Shown: piece after piece, positions 1 to 10,563 of the stretch
Layout of the letters: each line of letters opens with the position of its first letter
How positions within the stretch are numbered: position 1 is the stretch's first letter
Source of the DNA: Nitrososphaeria archaeon
Lineage (GTDB): Archaea > Thermoproteota > Nitrososphaeria > JACIWG01
Reading direction: 5' to 3'
Assembly (NCBI GenBank): GCA_049969935.1
Contig: JBMFNX010000002.1
Location: 5,789-69,788, forward strand
DNA length: 64,000 bases
The notes under the pieces: model-generated
The model's input: the letters and a program-made list of their open reading frames with translations, nothing else
Databases searched by the model: none
Told to the model about the DNA's origin: nothing
Position numbers and translations under genes: made by a program

Positions 1-2
1 GA

Positions 3-299
3 AATGATGCTGAAGCACTAATATATACTTCGGAGAAGACGAAAAAGGACCTTGGAGACAAGCTTACACAGCAGCAGAAGGAACAGATAGATAAGGCGGT
101 TGCAGAGTTAAGGGAAGCACTTTCTGGAAAAGATGTAGAGAAGATTAAACAGAAACGTGAAGAGCTAAGGAGGGTGCTTCAAGAAGTTGGAACAGTAATC
201 TATCAGCAGGCGGCTTCAGAATATGCTAGGCAACAAAAGAGTGGACAGGAGAAGGGTTCAGAAAACAAGACCGTGGACACCGACTATAAGGTAACATAA
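3..299 (+). CDS. dnaK: Chaperone DnaK/Hsp70, C-terminal end (5' truncated by window edge)
   Basis: Manual translation from nt 3: NDAEALIYTSEKTKKDLGDKL...LQEVGTVIYQQAA...KTVDTDYKVT* resembles the DnaK lid/C-terminus; lies directly upstream of dnaJ. Confidence 0.9.
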   Translation, partial: NDAEALIYTSEKTKKDLGDKLTQQQKEQIDKAVAELREALSGKDVEKIKQKREELRRVLQEVGTVIYQQAASEYARQQKSGQEKGSENKTVDTDYKVT

Positions 300-424
300 T
301 AATATTTATAGCATCAAATATACAAAAGATTTTTAGAGACAATATGATAAAATAAACAGTTAATATCCTCTTCTATAATTCCGTTGGTAGGGAAGAGCTT
401 ACCTTTAAAGGGGGGTGATAGAGC

Positions 425-1543
425 ATGTCCGGTAAAAAGGACTATTACGAGATACTTGGTGTACCAAGGAATGCTACGAAGGAGCAGATTAGGGAAGCTT
501 ATAGAAGGTTGGCCATGCTCTATCACCCAGACAGAAACAAGTCGCCTGACGCTGAAGAAAAGTTTAAAGAAATTTCTGAAGCATATGCGGTACTATCTGA
601 TGATGAGAAGAGAAGACAATATGATATGCTTGGACAGGCTGGCTTCCAGCAACAGTATACTCCAGAAGACATATTCAGGGGAACAGATTTTGAGTCAATA
701 TTTAGAGACCTAGGCTTCGGCTTCGACTTCGACAACATATTCGACTTCTTTTTTGGAAGAGGAGGATTTAGGAGAGAGAATGTGGGCAGAGACCTATACT
801 ATGAGCTCCAAATCACATTAGAGGAAGCTGCCAGAGGAGTTGAAAAGGAGATAGAAGTGTATAGAAGTGAAGTATGTGACACATGCCATGGTTCAGGCGC
901 CAGCCCCGGAACAGCTCCGAAAACATGTAATGTTTGTAAGGGAACAGGACAGGTTCAAAGGGTCCAAAGTAGTGGATTCACAAGATTTGTTCAAATCACC
1001 ACATGCCATGCGTGTAAGGGAAGAGGCACGGTTATAGAAACACCATGCAAGGAATGTAGAGGGTCAGGTATTGTGAGACGAAAGAGAAAGATTATAGTTA
1101 AAGTGCCTCAGGGAATAGATGAAGGATACAGGCTGAGACTTGATGGACAAGGTGACATACCTCCAAACGGTGGAAGACCAGGAGACCTTTACATTGGAAT
1201 AAGGATAGTGCCGCACAAACATTTTAGAAGAGAGGGAGACGACATATTCTATAGGCTTGAAATAAGCTTTCCCGAGGCAGCGTTAGGTACTGAGGTTACG
1301 ATACCAACGCTTGAGGGAAGCACAGTATTAAAGATACCTCCAGGGACACAGCCTGGAGAAACTATAAGGTTACATGGAAAGGGTATGCCGAGACTAGATA
1401 GAGGGGGAAGAGGCGACCTTATAGTGGAAGTGAATGTTAGCGTACCAAAGAAGCTTACACCAAGACAGAGAGAACTAATTCAGGAGCTTGCAAAGGAATT
1501 TAATGTAAATTATGGAAAACGGGAACGATTTTTCAGGTTCTAA
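425..1543 (+). CDS. dnaJ: Chaperone DnaJ
   Basis: J domain with HPD motif, G/F-rich region, four CxxCxGxG zinc-finger repeats. Confidence 0.98.
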   Translation: MSGKKDYYEILGVPRNATKEQIREAYRRLAMLYHPDRNKSPDAEEKFKEISEAYAVLSDDEKRRQYDMLGQAGFQQQYTPEDIFRGTDFESIFRDLGFGFDFDNIFDFFFGRGGFRRENVGRDLYYELQITLEEAARGVEKEIEVYRSEVCDTCHGSGASPGTAPKTCNVCKGTGQVQRVQSSGFTRFVQITTCHACKGRGTVIETPCKECRGSGIVRRKRKIIVKVPQGIDEGYRLRLDGQGDIPPNGGRPGDLYIGIRIVPHKHFRREGDDIFYRLEISFPEAALGTEVTIPTLEGSTVLKIPPGTQPGETIRLHGKGMPRLDRGGRGDLIVEVNVSVPKKLTPRQRELIQELAKEFNVNYGKRERFFRF

Positions 1544-1586
1544 AATTATTTAACCAACATAATCTTATAGCTGAAGGGAAAAAGGT

Positions 1587-2489
1587 TTGAATGCTAGAGT
1601 TGCTGTAGCAAAGGGAAAGACTAGATATGATGCTGTTAAAAAAGCCCTAGAATATATAAGGGATGATGTAGCCAAAGATGTTTCCGGAAAAAATAGTCTT
1701 ATCATTAAACCAAACCTGGTTTCAGCCCACGTGCAGCTTGCAGTAACACATGTGGACACGGTTAGGGCAATAATAGATTCCATAAGACAATATTATGGGG
1801 GAAAAATTTTAGTCGCAGAAGGATCTGCTTCAGACACAATAACAGCCTACAGGAACTTCGGTTACATAAAGTTGGCTAAAGAGCAGGGTATAGAACTTTT
1901 TGACCTCAACCAAGACAATTATAGGGAGATAATGGTGTACGATGATAGATATGATAAGATTCCAGTAAAAGTTGCAAAAAAGGTTTTGGAAAGCGACTAC
2001 AGAATATCTGCGGCAGTACTAAAAACACATGACACCGTGATAGCAACCCTTTCAATAAAAAACATGGTTGTCGGAAGCATAATCAGATACGACAAGCATA
2101 GAATACATCAGGGATATAAGGCAATAAACTTGAACATATACAAGATAGCAGAGTATGTTTGGCCCAACCTAGCAATAATAGACGGTTATACTGCAATGGA
2201 GGGAAACGGTCCAGTTTCTGGCACACCAGTGGAGATGGGAACAGTTATAGCAAGCACAGACCCACTTGCAGCGGACACAGTTGGAGCCTACATTATGGGA
2301 TTCGACCCAGACGATATAGGATACCTACATTACATTAAGAAGACTGGAATGGGTGAAGGAGACATGGATAAAATTGAGGTTGTAGGAGAAAATGTGGAGA
2401 ATGTGAGAAGAAATTTTAGGCCACATTCAACATACACTTTACAGAGAATGTGGAGGATAGAGGAGGAAATTTTAAATAAAATTTTATGA
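1587..2489 (+). CDS. DUF362 family protein
   Basis: IKPNLV, AEGS, LKTH, TLSIKN, IIDG..MEGNGP..G and DPLAAD motifs. Confidence 0.85.
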   Translation: MNARVAVAKGKTRYDAVKKALEYIRDDVAKDVSGKNSLIIKPNLVSAHVQLAVTHVDTVRAIIDSIRQYYGGKILVAEGSASDTITAYRNFGYIKLAKEQGIELFDLNQDNYREIMVYDDRYDKIPVKVAKKVLESDYRISAAVLKTHDTVIATLSIKNMVVGSIIRYDKHRIHQGYKAINLNIYKIAEYVWPNLAIIDGYTAMEGNGPVSGTPVEMGTVIASTDPLAADTVGAYIMGFDPDDIGYLHYIKKTGMGEGDMDKIEVVGENVENVRRNFRPHSTYTLQRMWRIEEEILNKIL

Positions 2490-2611
2490 GACAATAAAAG
2501 GGTATATTTTAAATGCTAGAACTTTAAAGCAGCTTGATCGTATTATAGAATAAATTTTGTTAGCGGTTAAAAAGGCAAAAATTTAAATCATAGCATGCGG
2601 ATGTAAAAGTT

Positions 2612-2914
2612 ATGGTAAACTTTGTTCCTCCAGAATACGCTTGGATAATTCCAGTAATAGTGCCATTTATCATTGGATTGATTGTTGGAGTTATAATAAA
2701 AAGGGCATTAAAGCTTGTACTAGCCCTTATCATACTATTGATAGTTTTAGTGGCGGTGGGATATACTCAATTACCTACCTTTGAAGAGATAGCTAGGGCA
2801 GCATTAAAGTATCTTCCAATACTTTGGGCAGAGGCAAGCCCTTTGACAAACATCCTACCATATTCTTCGATAACATTTTTGCTTGGACTCGCTCTAGGAT
2901 TATGGAAAGGCTAG
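2612..2914 (+). CDS. Small hypothetical membrane protein
   Basis: 100-aa ORF with about three hydrophobic helices, TATA-like box upstream, abuts next gene. Confidence 0.75.
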   Translation: MVNFVPPEYAWIIPVIVPFIIGLIVGVIIKRALKLVLALIILLIVLVAVGYTQLPTFEEIARAALKYLPILWAEASPLTNILPYSSITFLLGLALGLWKG

Positions 2915-3457
2915 ATGGGAATGAGCTTGGAGGCAATATGTAAGATAACTGGAGTATTGAAAAATATTCCGAGAACAGGATGGCTTCAAAAGGGTATACC
3001 ATTTTATGAGGCTGAATCGGTTGCAGAACATTCTTTCGAGGTAGCAGCAATCGTCCTAGCATTATTAAATAGTATTAGGATGAAGGTTGACGCAGAAAAA
3101 GCTTTAGCAATGGCGTTAATCCACGACTTAAGCGAATCAGTTATAGGAGATATGCCGAAAGCATTAACAGAAAAAATCGGCGAAAACTTCAAGCACGAAA
3201 TCGAAGGTGAAGCAGTTGAAAAGATTGTTGGCTCAGGAAAGCTTAGCGAAATTTTTGAAGAGTATTTGAGAGGAGAAAGTTTAGAATCCAAGATTGTTAA
3301 GTTCGCGGACAAGCTTTCCACATTCTATCAAGCTAAAAGCTACAGGAAAAGAGGATATGATGTGGACGAGATTATTGAAGGGACATTGGATGAAATTAAA
3401 ATTATGGTTAAACAGTTTAGAGGAGAGGGTATAGAAAAATTGTTTAACCTTCAATAA
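2915..3457 (+). CDS. HD-domain phosphohydrolase (YfbR/HDDC2-like 5'-deoxynucleotidase)
   Basis: LKNIPRTGW, ESVAEHS, IHDLSE..GD, ADKL motifs. Confidence 0.9.
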   Translation: MGMSLEAICKITGVLKNIPRTGWLQKGIPFYEAESVAEHSFEVAAIVLALLNSIRMKVDAEKALAMALIHDLSESVIGDMPKALTEKIGENFKHEIEGEAVEKIVGSGKLSEIFEEYLRGESLESKIVKFADKLSTFYQAKSYRKRGYDVDEIIEGTLDEIKIMVKQFRGEGIEKLFNLQ

Positions 3458-4548
3458 ACTAGTGATGGTAGAAGGTTCCTTTCTAAAGCAACCCTTATGT
3501 CTCTAGCGATCCTCCTTCCAGTAGACATTGGCTCCCTGAAAATGTATGGTGTATATGGAGAGCCTTCAGGATACAGGTTTGTACCAGCAACAATCCTCGC
3601 CGACACTTCAAAAACTATAAAACCCCTTCTGGGATTATAGACTGTTTCAATACAAAAAGGCCCAATTAAACCTGGTGGAAAGAGTTCGATAGAGGATTCT
3701 ACAAGCTTTGCACCCATGTCCAAAATTTGTGGGAGAAGACTTTCTCTAACCACCACAGGCTGGTTTCCTGTTACAGTGTAGTCGAGATAGTCGGGTATAA
3801 TGTTTGGAAGACCACGGTACACTTCATCTATAGGCTCAATTCTTTTATCGATACTCAAAAGCTCAAGCCCTCCAACCTTCAATTTTAGGCCCCTAGAATA
3901 TATTTGGCTGTAAAAATAGTGTGGATAGTATCTTACACCTGCAACAAATTCCTGTATAACAATCTTATCATTTTCACCAATTAAACCATCTCTAACCTTT
4001 TCATCAAGTTTTTGATAAAAGTCATCTCTAGAGGTTACTGTAAAATAGCCTCTACCGCCTCTAGCACCATAAACTTTCACAAAAGCCAGAGTATCAATTT
4101 CATCTGGACTATTGAATGTTTTAGGGAAAGTTAGTCCAGCCCTTTTAAACCATTCAAACTGTTTTCCCCTATCACCTTCCCATTCTAAAACAAGCCTATT
4201 ACCGTACATTGGAACATAAAAGGAGTCAAGAATATTTTTTGAACCAACATATTCTACAAAAGAACCGTGAGCGATTACAATAGAGTTTAAGCCAATAAGC
4301 CTTTCTTGGACACATGCGTCAAGAATGTCCCTGTAACTGTCAACAACTATAAGCTCATCTGGAAAGGCTTCAGGAAAGGCTCTATAATATTTAACCCTAT
4401 CACTTAAACATATTCCAACAGTCTTAAAACCTTCACGTTTTGCACCATAGAATATTTGAAGAGAGGAGTGAGAACATAGTGTGGCTATAGAAATTTTATT
4501 TAAATCATATTTCGAGAGAGTTCTTAAAATTTCTATCCTATCAATCAT
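3451..4548 (-). CDS. purP: Formate-dependent FAICAR synthetase (PurP family, ATP-grasp)
   Basis: [44 protein letters not shown] motifs. Confidence 0.92.
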   Translation of the reverse strand: MIDRIEILRTLSKYDLNKISIATLCSHSSLQIFYGAKREGFKTVGICLSDRVKYYRAFPEAFPDELIVVDSYRDILDACVQERLIGLNSIVIAHGSFVEYVGSKNILDSFYVPMYGNRLVLEWEGDRGKQFEWFKRAGLTFPKTFNSPDEIDTLAFVKVYGARGGRGYFTVTSRDDFYQKLDEKVRDGLIGENDKIVIQEFVAGVRYYPHYFYSQIYSRGLKLKVGGLELLSIDKRIEPIDEVYRGLPNIIPDYLDYTVTGNQPVVVRESLLPQILDMGAKLVESSIELFPPGLIGPFCIETVYNPRRGFIVFEVSARIVAGTNLYPEGSPYTPYIFREPMSTGRRIARDIRVALERNLLPSLVY

Positions 4549-4673
4549 TTTTCAGCCCAACACTAGAAACTATATTATGTAATTAAGTTTTAGTAAAAGA
4601 AATGTGATTTTACGCTTAAAAGCATGGGCAAACTTGTTCCAGTATCCTCCCACATTTTTCAAGGTTGAAACAT

Positions 4674-5651
4674 CTAGTACTTTAGGAGCACACCACAACC
4701 TTTAGCCAAGGCCCTTTCATAAACCTTTTTTGCGACAACAATATCTGTTATAGCAAGACCCAAGTTTAGTGCCATAATCTTTTCACTATCACTAACGCGG
4801 CCACATAACTTTCCAACAACAAGTTCACATAGTTCACCATCAACCTTCTTTAGTAAAGGAAAATGGCCTAGTGTCTGATAATATTTAAGCTGTTCAATAT
4901 CGTCTGTGAAAATGCGATCTACTTTATAGAAGGTTTCAGGATGCCAGTAGCTGTCAAACTCTAGTGGAGCCAACATGGCACCATCCTTTACCCACTCTAT
5001 CATACCGATTGGACTGGGATTTTTATAAATTGGTGTAGCTGTAACAATTAAATCAGAGTCTTGAACTGCCTCCTTAGGAGACTGGCTTTTAAAGACTTCT
5101 AGACCAAATTTTGTCTTTACAAAACGTTCATATTCTAATACCTTTTCAGGAACAGTATCATATATTTTAACCCTTTTAAGGCCACTTAAGACTAATGAAA
5201 TAAATTCTAGGTGACTTTTGCCTTGAACACCACAACCTATTATAGAAAGAGTTTCAGAACATCCTCTTGCAAGATACTTTGCTGAAATGGCTGTAACTGC
5301 AGCAGTCCTTTTGGCGGTGATCCAGCCGGCATCCATAACAGAAATTGGTAAACCTGTTTCAGGGTCATTTAATATTATGAGTCCAGCCAAGTATGGTAGA
5401 CCCTTTGATGGATTTAATGCTGAACCTGAAATCCATTTAATTCCAGCAGCATTAAATTTTTGAACGTAGGCTGGCATAGCATGAATGAAGGTAGTATTTG
5501 ATGGATGGATGCCAGGTTTTGGAGGAATCTCGACCTTTCTAAAATACTTTTCTCGAAAAGCGTCTTCAACCCAGTCCATTATTTCTGAAGCACCTATTTG
5601 CATCAACTCTATCTCCCCCCTTGATATGAAAAGAATACTGTTTTGCTCCAT
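4674..5651 (-). CDS. Ornithine cyclodeaminase/mu-crystallin family protein
   Basis: HAMPAY, GIKW, ITAKRTAA, GCGVQG, GLAITD motifs. Confidence 0.9.
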   Translation of the reverse strand: MEQNSILFISRGEIELMQIGASEIMDWVEDAFREKYFRKVEIPPKPGIHPSNTTFIHAMPAYVQKFNAAGIKWISGSALNPSKGLPYLAGLIILNDPETGLPISVMDAGWITAKRTAAVTAISAKYLARGCSETLSIIGCGVQGKSHLEFISLVLSGLKRVKIYDTVPEKVLEYERFVKTKFGLEVFKSQSPKEAVQDSDLIVTATPIYKNPSPIGMIEWVKDGAMLAPLEFDSYWHPETFYKVDRIFTDDIEQLKYYQTLGHFPLLKKVDGELCELVVGKLCGRVSDSEKIMALNLGLAITDIVVAKKVYERALAKGCGVLLKY

Positions 5652-5685
5652 TACTTAACGACACCTCAACAAAAATCTTCTAACA

Positions 5686-6711
5686 TTATTGTAGGCTGAA
5701 GCCAAACTTTTTTGAAGCCAACTCTATGGCCAACTTTATTGCTTCCAATGTTGCACCCTCGCTTGCAGTACCCTTACCAGCCTTACCCCAAACAGTTCCA
5801 TGGTCAGGTGAAACCCTAATTATTGGGAGACCAAGACTCAGATTAACTCCTTCCATGAAACCAACCATTTTTACGGCAATATGGCCTTGATCATGGTACA
5901 TTGCGATAGTGGAATCAAACTGTCTATTATAGTATGCTCTATAGAATATTGTATCAGGCGGATATGGTCCTGTAACCTTTATACCTTCAGATACTGCCTC
6001 TTGAATTGCTGGAACAATTTCTTTAATTTCCTCGTCCCCGAAAAGTCCGCTTTCACCCGCATGAGGGTTTAAGCCTGACACTCCTATTTTTGGGTCATTT
6101 AAGCCAAAAAGTTCTATCAAACTCTTGTATGTTAACATTATTGTTTTGAGCACATTCTCTTTTTTGATAAGCTCTATAGCATTCTTTAGAGAAACGTGGG
6201 TGGTTACGTGGGCGACTTTGAAGAAGTTGGCGACAAGCATCATTTTAACATCCTTGGAGCCTGTAAGGTCAGCCAAAAGTTCAGTATGTCCAGGATAATT
6301 GTATCCTGCCATGTTCAGACTTTCCTTGCTTATTGGAGCTGTAACGATCGCGTGCACCTTATTTGATAGAGCATGTTTTACAGCCTCTACGATAGCTTCA
6401 TAGGATGCTTTTCCACCCAACACAGAAGGTTTTCCGTAAACGATTTTAGAGACGTCAACATTGTTTAGGTCAAATATGTTTACTGATGATGGGGAGTCAA
6501 CATATTCTGAAACATCACAAATTTTTATAAGCTTTAAGTCGGTTGCATTCACAGTTTCCGCAGCCTTTCTAAATACATTATAGTCTCCAAATACTACAAA
6601 GGATGCTCTAGAAAACAGGGAACTGTTTCTTAAAGCTTTTAAGACTATTTCTGGGCCTGAGCCGGCTGGGTCACCCATTGTTATAGCAATCATTGGCTTC
6701 TTGTAAGACAT
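5686..6711 (-). CDS. pdxA: PdxA-family dehydrogenase (probably PdxA2, D-threonate/erythronate 4-phosphate dehydrogenase)
   Basis: TMGDPAGSGPE, PGHTE, GLNPHAGE, AMYHDQG, PDHGT; coupled to a DUF1537 kinase. Confidence 0.9.
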   Translation of the reverse strand: MSYKKPMIAITMGDPAGSGPEIVLKALRNSSLFSRASFVVFGDYNVFRKAAETVNATDLKLIKICDVSEYVDSPSSVNIFDLNNVDVSKIVYGKPSVLGGKASYEAIVEAVKHALSNKVHAIVTAPISKESLNMAGYNYPGHTELLADLTGSKDVKMMLVANFFKVAHVTTHVSLKNAIELIKKENVLKTIMLTYKSLIELFGLNDPKIGVSGLNPHAGESGLFGDEEIKEIVPAIQEAVSEGIKVTGPYPPDTIFYRAYYNRQFDSTIAMYHDQGHIAVKMVGFMEGVNLSLGLPIIRVSPDHGTVWGKAGKGTASEGATLEAIKLAIELASKKFGFSLQ

Positions 6712-7976
6712 CTTTTATTCACACTTTTTAGTCTAGTCGATACTTTAATAAGCGTTTCTAATCCCCCAAAGCCTCCAGCCTTTGTAACAATAAGCAAATC
6801 TTTTGACCAGAGAATAGGTAGTCCCGGCTCGATTTCACCTAATATCTTGAACGATTCAAGCTTAAGATGCTTTATAATTGAGACAGCAATATCACCTCCA
6901 GTCATGTAAATGCCGCAAAAGCTATCTTTTTCAAAAAAGCTTATAACATGAGATACGAGTAAACCGAATTTTTCCGCCAATATTGAACCGAAATCTGAAA
7001 GGCTTAGCCTCAACTCCTTTGCCAAGCTAACACCTTCTTCAACCTGTTCCCTAGTATATGAGGTTGCAATTATAATATCGTTAGAAAATTTTAGCGCTCT
7101 AGAAACTTCACCTATAATCCTTTCTTCTTCCCTGCCAAAGTCCTTTACAAGTGCAGAAACACTTACCTGTATTATGTTTGTAGGAAAGACTTTAGTAAAT
7201 TCTAGAACCTGGTTCCTAGCAAGTTCATTAACTGAACCAACCGCCATCAGAACCGGCTTACCCTCAACTGAGCCAATGATAGAATTGTAGGCCAACTGTT
7301 CTGCAAGACCAGCTGAACCAACCCAAATAACACGCTTTTTTTCTGAAGAAAGTATTTGTTGAACAATATTTTTAAGGTCAAGATCGTTTTCTACATCAAA
7401 TGACAAAATTTTAAATTCTCCAATCACCTTATCCAGATTCCCCTTTCTAAGCTCCTGAAGATTTATGTGACGATAGCGTGGACCGAATATGGGTTCAAAG
7501 TATGATGGTAAATAAGAGGATTTAACAGGAGTCCTTAAATCTCTTCCAAAATATGTTTTTTCAACAGGGATACCGTTAACCATGTGGACACCATCCTTTG
7601 TTATACGGCCCTGCTTCGGAAATGCTGGTGCGAAAACAACTAGGTCAGGGTTTAGAGCATCTGCTAGCCCCACAATTTCTGAGACAATGTTGCCTCTAAG
7701 TGTTGAATCCACTTTTTTATAGAAAACGATGCTGCCAAAAATGTCTTTAACCTTATCTCCAAGAGAATATAGTATTGAATAGGACTTTTCCTTATCGATT
7801 GCCCTACTTTCAGTGGTAACGCCCACAACATCATATCCTTGTATAAGCTCTTGAACCATGTCAAAGTTTAATGTGGTAATTGAAGCTAATCCAAGCTTAG
7901 AAAATTGTACAACAGTATCATTAACTCCTGTAAAATCGTCTGCAACAATTAGGACTGAATCAAATATTTTAGCCAT
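6690..7976 (-). CDS. Four-carbon acid sugar kinase (DUF1537, DtnK/DenK family)
   Basis: ADDFTG, KKVDSTLRGN, PAFP..GR, GSAGLA, TGGD, TKAGGFG motifs. Confidence 0.92.
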   Translation of the reverse strand: MAKIFDSVLIVADDFTGVNDTVVQFSKLGLASITTLNFDMVQELIQGYDVVGVTTESRAIDKEKSYSILYSLGDKVKDIFGSIVFYKKVDSTLRGNIVSEIVGLADALNPDLVVFAPAFPKQGRITKDGVHMVNGIPVEKTYFGRDLRTPVKSSYLPSYFEPIFGPRYRHINLQELRKGNLDKVIGEFKILSFDVENDLDLKNIVQQILSSEKKRVIWVGSAGLAEQLAYNSIIGSVEGKPVLMAVGSVNELARNQVLEFTKVFPTNIIQVSVSALVKDFGREEERIIGEVSRALKFSNDIIIATSYTREQVEEGVSLAKELRLSLSDFGSILAEKFGLLVSHVISFFEKDSFCGIYMTGGDIAVSIIKHLKLESFKILGEIEPGLPILWSKDLLIVTKAGGFGGLETLIKVSTRLKSVNKRCLTRSQ

Positions 7977-8028
7977 CTACTATTATCACGTACAAACTGT
8001 CTTAAAACATGCTCTTTAAAAATTTCAC

Positions 8029-8589
8029 CTAAAAGCCTTCACGTATAAGTGATATAGCGTAGGCGGCCATTAACATTGACATAACCTTATCTAAAACAAT
8101 TGTACCATTTCTTCCAAGCAGCCTTAACATCTTCTCACCACTTAAAAGGATAGCTAACGTGATACTTGAACAAACAAGTATGCTTACTAAAGACACTTCA
8201 AGACCCCAAGTATATTTTATGTATATTACAGCGGTGACCGCTCCAGGTCCAGCCAAAAGTGGTGTTGCCATAGGAACAACGCTTATTTTGTCAGCTTCAG
8301 GCTTCGGCATCGTCGATATTTCAAGAAGGCCTAGTATAGAGTATATGAGTAGGATGAGGCCGCCGGCAACTTTAAAGTCTCCAACACTCACACCCATTAA
8401 AGAAAAAAGTATATCACCAGACACTGAGAACACAAATAGTATTGTGGACGCGATAATCACACTCTTTTTTATTATACTGGAACGTAATTTAGAATCATAG
8501 TCTTTTGTTAGAATGTAAAAGTAGGGGGCGTTAGTAAAAGGGTCAAGTATAATCAATAGTAGGAGTATTGCTTGCAGTAGGTCAAGCAT
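8029..8589 (-). CDS. MarC family membrane protein
   Basis: ILDP, AGGLILL, VPMATPLLAGPG motifs, multiple TM helices. Confidence 0.9.
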   Translation of the reverse strand: MLDLLQAILLLLIILDPFTNAPYFYILTKDYDSKLRSSIIKKSVIIASTILFVFSVSGDILFSLMGVSVGDFKVAGGLILLIYSILGLLEISTMPKPEADKISVVPMATPLLAGPGAVTAVIYIKYTWGLEVSLVSILVCSSITLAILLSGEKMLRLLGRNGTIVLDKVMSMLMAAYAISLIREGF

Positions 8590-8646
8590 AAGGCTTCACA
8601 TTATATGGTTTCCAAAGAGTTCTAAAATACTTTTGGGAGAAATAGA

Positions 8647-9243
8647 ATGCCACAAGTATTTATAAAAGATGTAGTTAAACTATGTGATATGAGTAGAGTC
8701 TGTTTGCTTGGACCCTTAGCTTTAATTATAGCGTGGGCAACTATAGTTGTTTCTATTATGGTTAATCCATGGTTTAATCTGTTTAAGGGTGCATTAAGTG
8801 ACCTTGGAGCACTAGGTTTAGGAACAAACTATATTTTCAATACTGGATTGATTTTGACAGGAATAGTTTTTGCAATATATGCAGGCTTTCTTGGAAGAGT
8901 CTCGAAGAATAGGGTTAGTGCTATGGCGTCAGGTGTCGCTATCTTGGCCGCGGCACATTTGATAATGATAGCGGTTTTCCCTTCTGGTACAGAACCGCAT
9001 AGGTTTGTTTCCTTAGAATTTTTTCTACTTGCAGCTGCAACAATCTTCTTTATGAGTATATCATTTTATGCTGACGGAGAAAAATTTTATGGAACATCTT
9101 CCACGATAATATTCTTGGCTGGAATATTGGGTAGTGCACTTATTGAATGGCCTTCGACAGCTTTACTTGAAATATATGACATAATGTTGTTGACAATATG
9201 GACTATACTAGTCTCATATTATTGTATGAGAAAAGAATGCTAG
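8647..9243 (+). CDS. DUF998-like membrane protein (start may be about 8689)
   Basis: NPWF....ALSDLGA..FN.GLI and PH motifs, about six TM helices. Confidence 0.75.
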   Translation: MPQVFIKDVVKLCDMSRVCLLGPLALIIAWATIVVSIMVNPWFNLFKGALSDLGALGLGTNYIFNTGLILTGIVFAIYAGFLGRVSKNRVSAMASGVAILAAAHLIMIAVFPSGTEPHRFVSLEFFLLAAATIFFMSISFYADGEKFYGTSSTIIFLAGILGSALIEWPSTALLEIYDIMLLTIWTILVSYYCMRKEC

Positions 9244-9261
9244 TGTTTGAAGATGGAGAGT

Positions 9262-10563
9262 TTAGAGTGAAAGTTTGGCTAAAGCTTTTTGAACCCCACT
9301 ACTATATTGCATCGCCTTCTTTTGACTGCCGTAAGCTTCCTGTGGAAGACCTAAGTCTTTAGCCAGCATCCGCAAAACAATTTTCCTTTCATCCTTTTCA
9401 AAGTTGATTTTATATTTTATAGGGATAGAGAAGGCTGCTTCCGCCACCCTGCGATTTATGTAAGGGAAAACTGGTTCACAGTACATTGCAGTTGAAGCAT
9501 CATCTCTAGAGATGTCGATAGACTGTAGTTTTTCGAAATCGTGTTTTAAAATTTTATCAATATCATAGCCTTTTTCAGCAAACGAAACATATTTTTTGTA
9601 TCCTCCAAAAAGTTCGTCTGCACCCTGTCCTATAACCAAATTTTGGAAACCTGCACTCGATGCCTCTTCAGCGACAGAATTTAATACTATTGCAATAGAA
9701 AGATTCATTAGACTCTCTTTACCAATTATTTTGCTCAAAAGCCTTGCCTTTAAAGCCAAACGTTCTTCATCCAATTCTATTATCTTGTGCTCAAGAGAAA
9801 GGAGTGAAGAAACCTTTTCTGAATGTATGTAATCGTGTGATTTCTTTAAACATACTGTTATCAGATAAGGTCTTATATTACTGAGGTAAGACAATTTTGC
9901 AACTATTGATGAGTCTAAACCTCCAGAAAATGCTATGGCCACATTTTTTACCCCATCTAAATTTTTTTCCAAAGAATATTTTAGAGCTGAACTTAAAAGG
10001 TTGAGCGCACCATCTATACTGTCTATTTCTATAAAATTATAGTCATAATATCTTTTGCACAAAAGAATGTTTCTAGAAAAGTTTACGTACAAGTAAGTGG
10101 ATGGCTGTAAAGGTTGACAATCTAGGCCATTGAACTTTAATGAATAGGGGTCTGATGAGAGTATAAAATGTTTTTTGCCAGAAGAAAAATATAGTGGCTT
10201 AGAGGAGGCTGGCGAACGTAGTGCAAATATTTTGTCATCATCAAATATTGCGAGTGAGAAATCACCGTCAATTTCTTGTGGAAATATCCTATCACAACCA
10301 TCCTTTATGTTTTCATAAAAGTTTAGGATACTCTTAATACTGTTTTGGTGGCCAAAAAATCTTCCATGAATAAGTATATTAGATTCAGGTTCCCAATCTA
10401 GGGAAAGGTACGCTAAAATAGTATTTCTAATATAATCTGATGACACAAGTTTTAAATGCTTTCTGTAAAATGTATGCTTGATTATGTTTTCCGCTAAACT
10501 TTTGACATCATCTTCGCCTTTTACAATAAGATAGCCGTTTGTTTTAGCTGTATGTTGAACCAA
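9262..10563 (-). CDS. Asparagine synthetase-like PP-loop protein with degenerate N-terminal amidotransferase domain
   Basis: AFSGGLDSS, GQGADELFGGY, KKAMQYSSG; no N-terminal Cys. Confidence 0.8.
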   Translation of the reverse strand: MVQHTAKTNGYLIVKGEDDVKSLAENIIKHTFYRKHLKLVSSDYIRNTILAYLSLDWEPESNILIHGRFFGHQNSIKSILNFYENIKDGCDRIFPQEIDGDFSLAIFDDDKIFALRSPASSKPLYFSSGKKHFILSSDPYSLKFNGLDCQPLQPSTYLYVNFSRNILLCKRYYDYNFIEIDSIDGALNLLSSALKYSLEKNLDGVKNVAIAFSGGLDSSIVAKLSYLSNIRPYLITVCLKKSHDYIHSEKVSSLLSLEHKIIELDEERLALKARLLSKIIGKESLMNLSIAIVLNSVAEEASSAGFQNLVIGQGADELFGGYKKYVSFAEKGYDIDKILKHDFEKLQSIDISRDDASTAMYCEPVFPYINRRVAEAAFSIPIKYKINFEKDERKIVLRMLAKDLGLPQEAYGSQKKAMQYSSGVQKALAKLSL

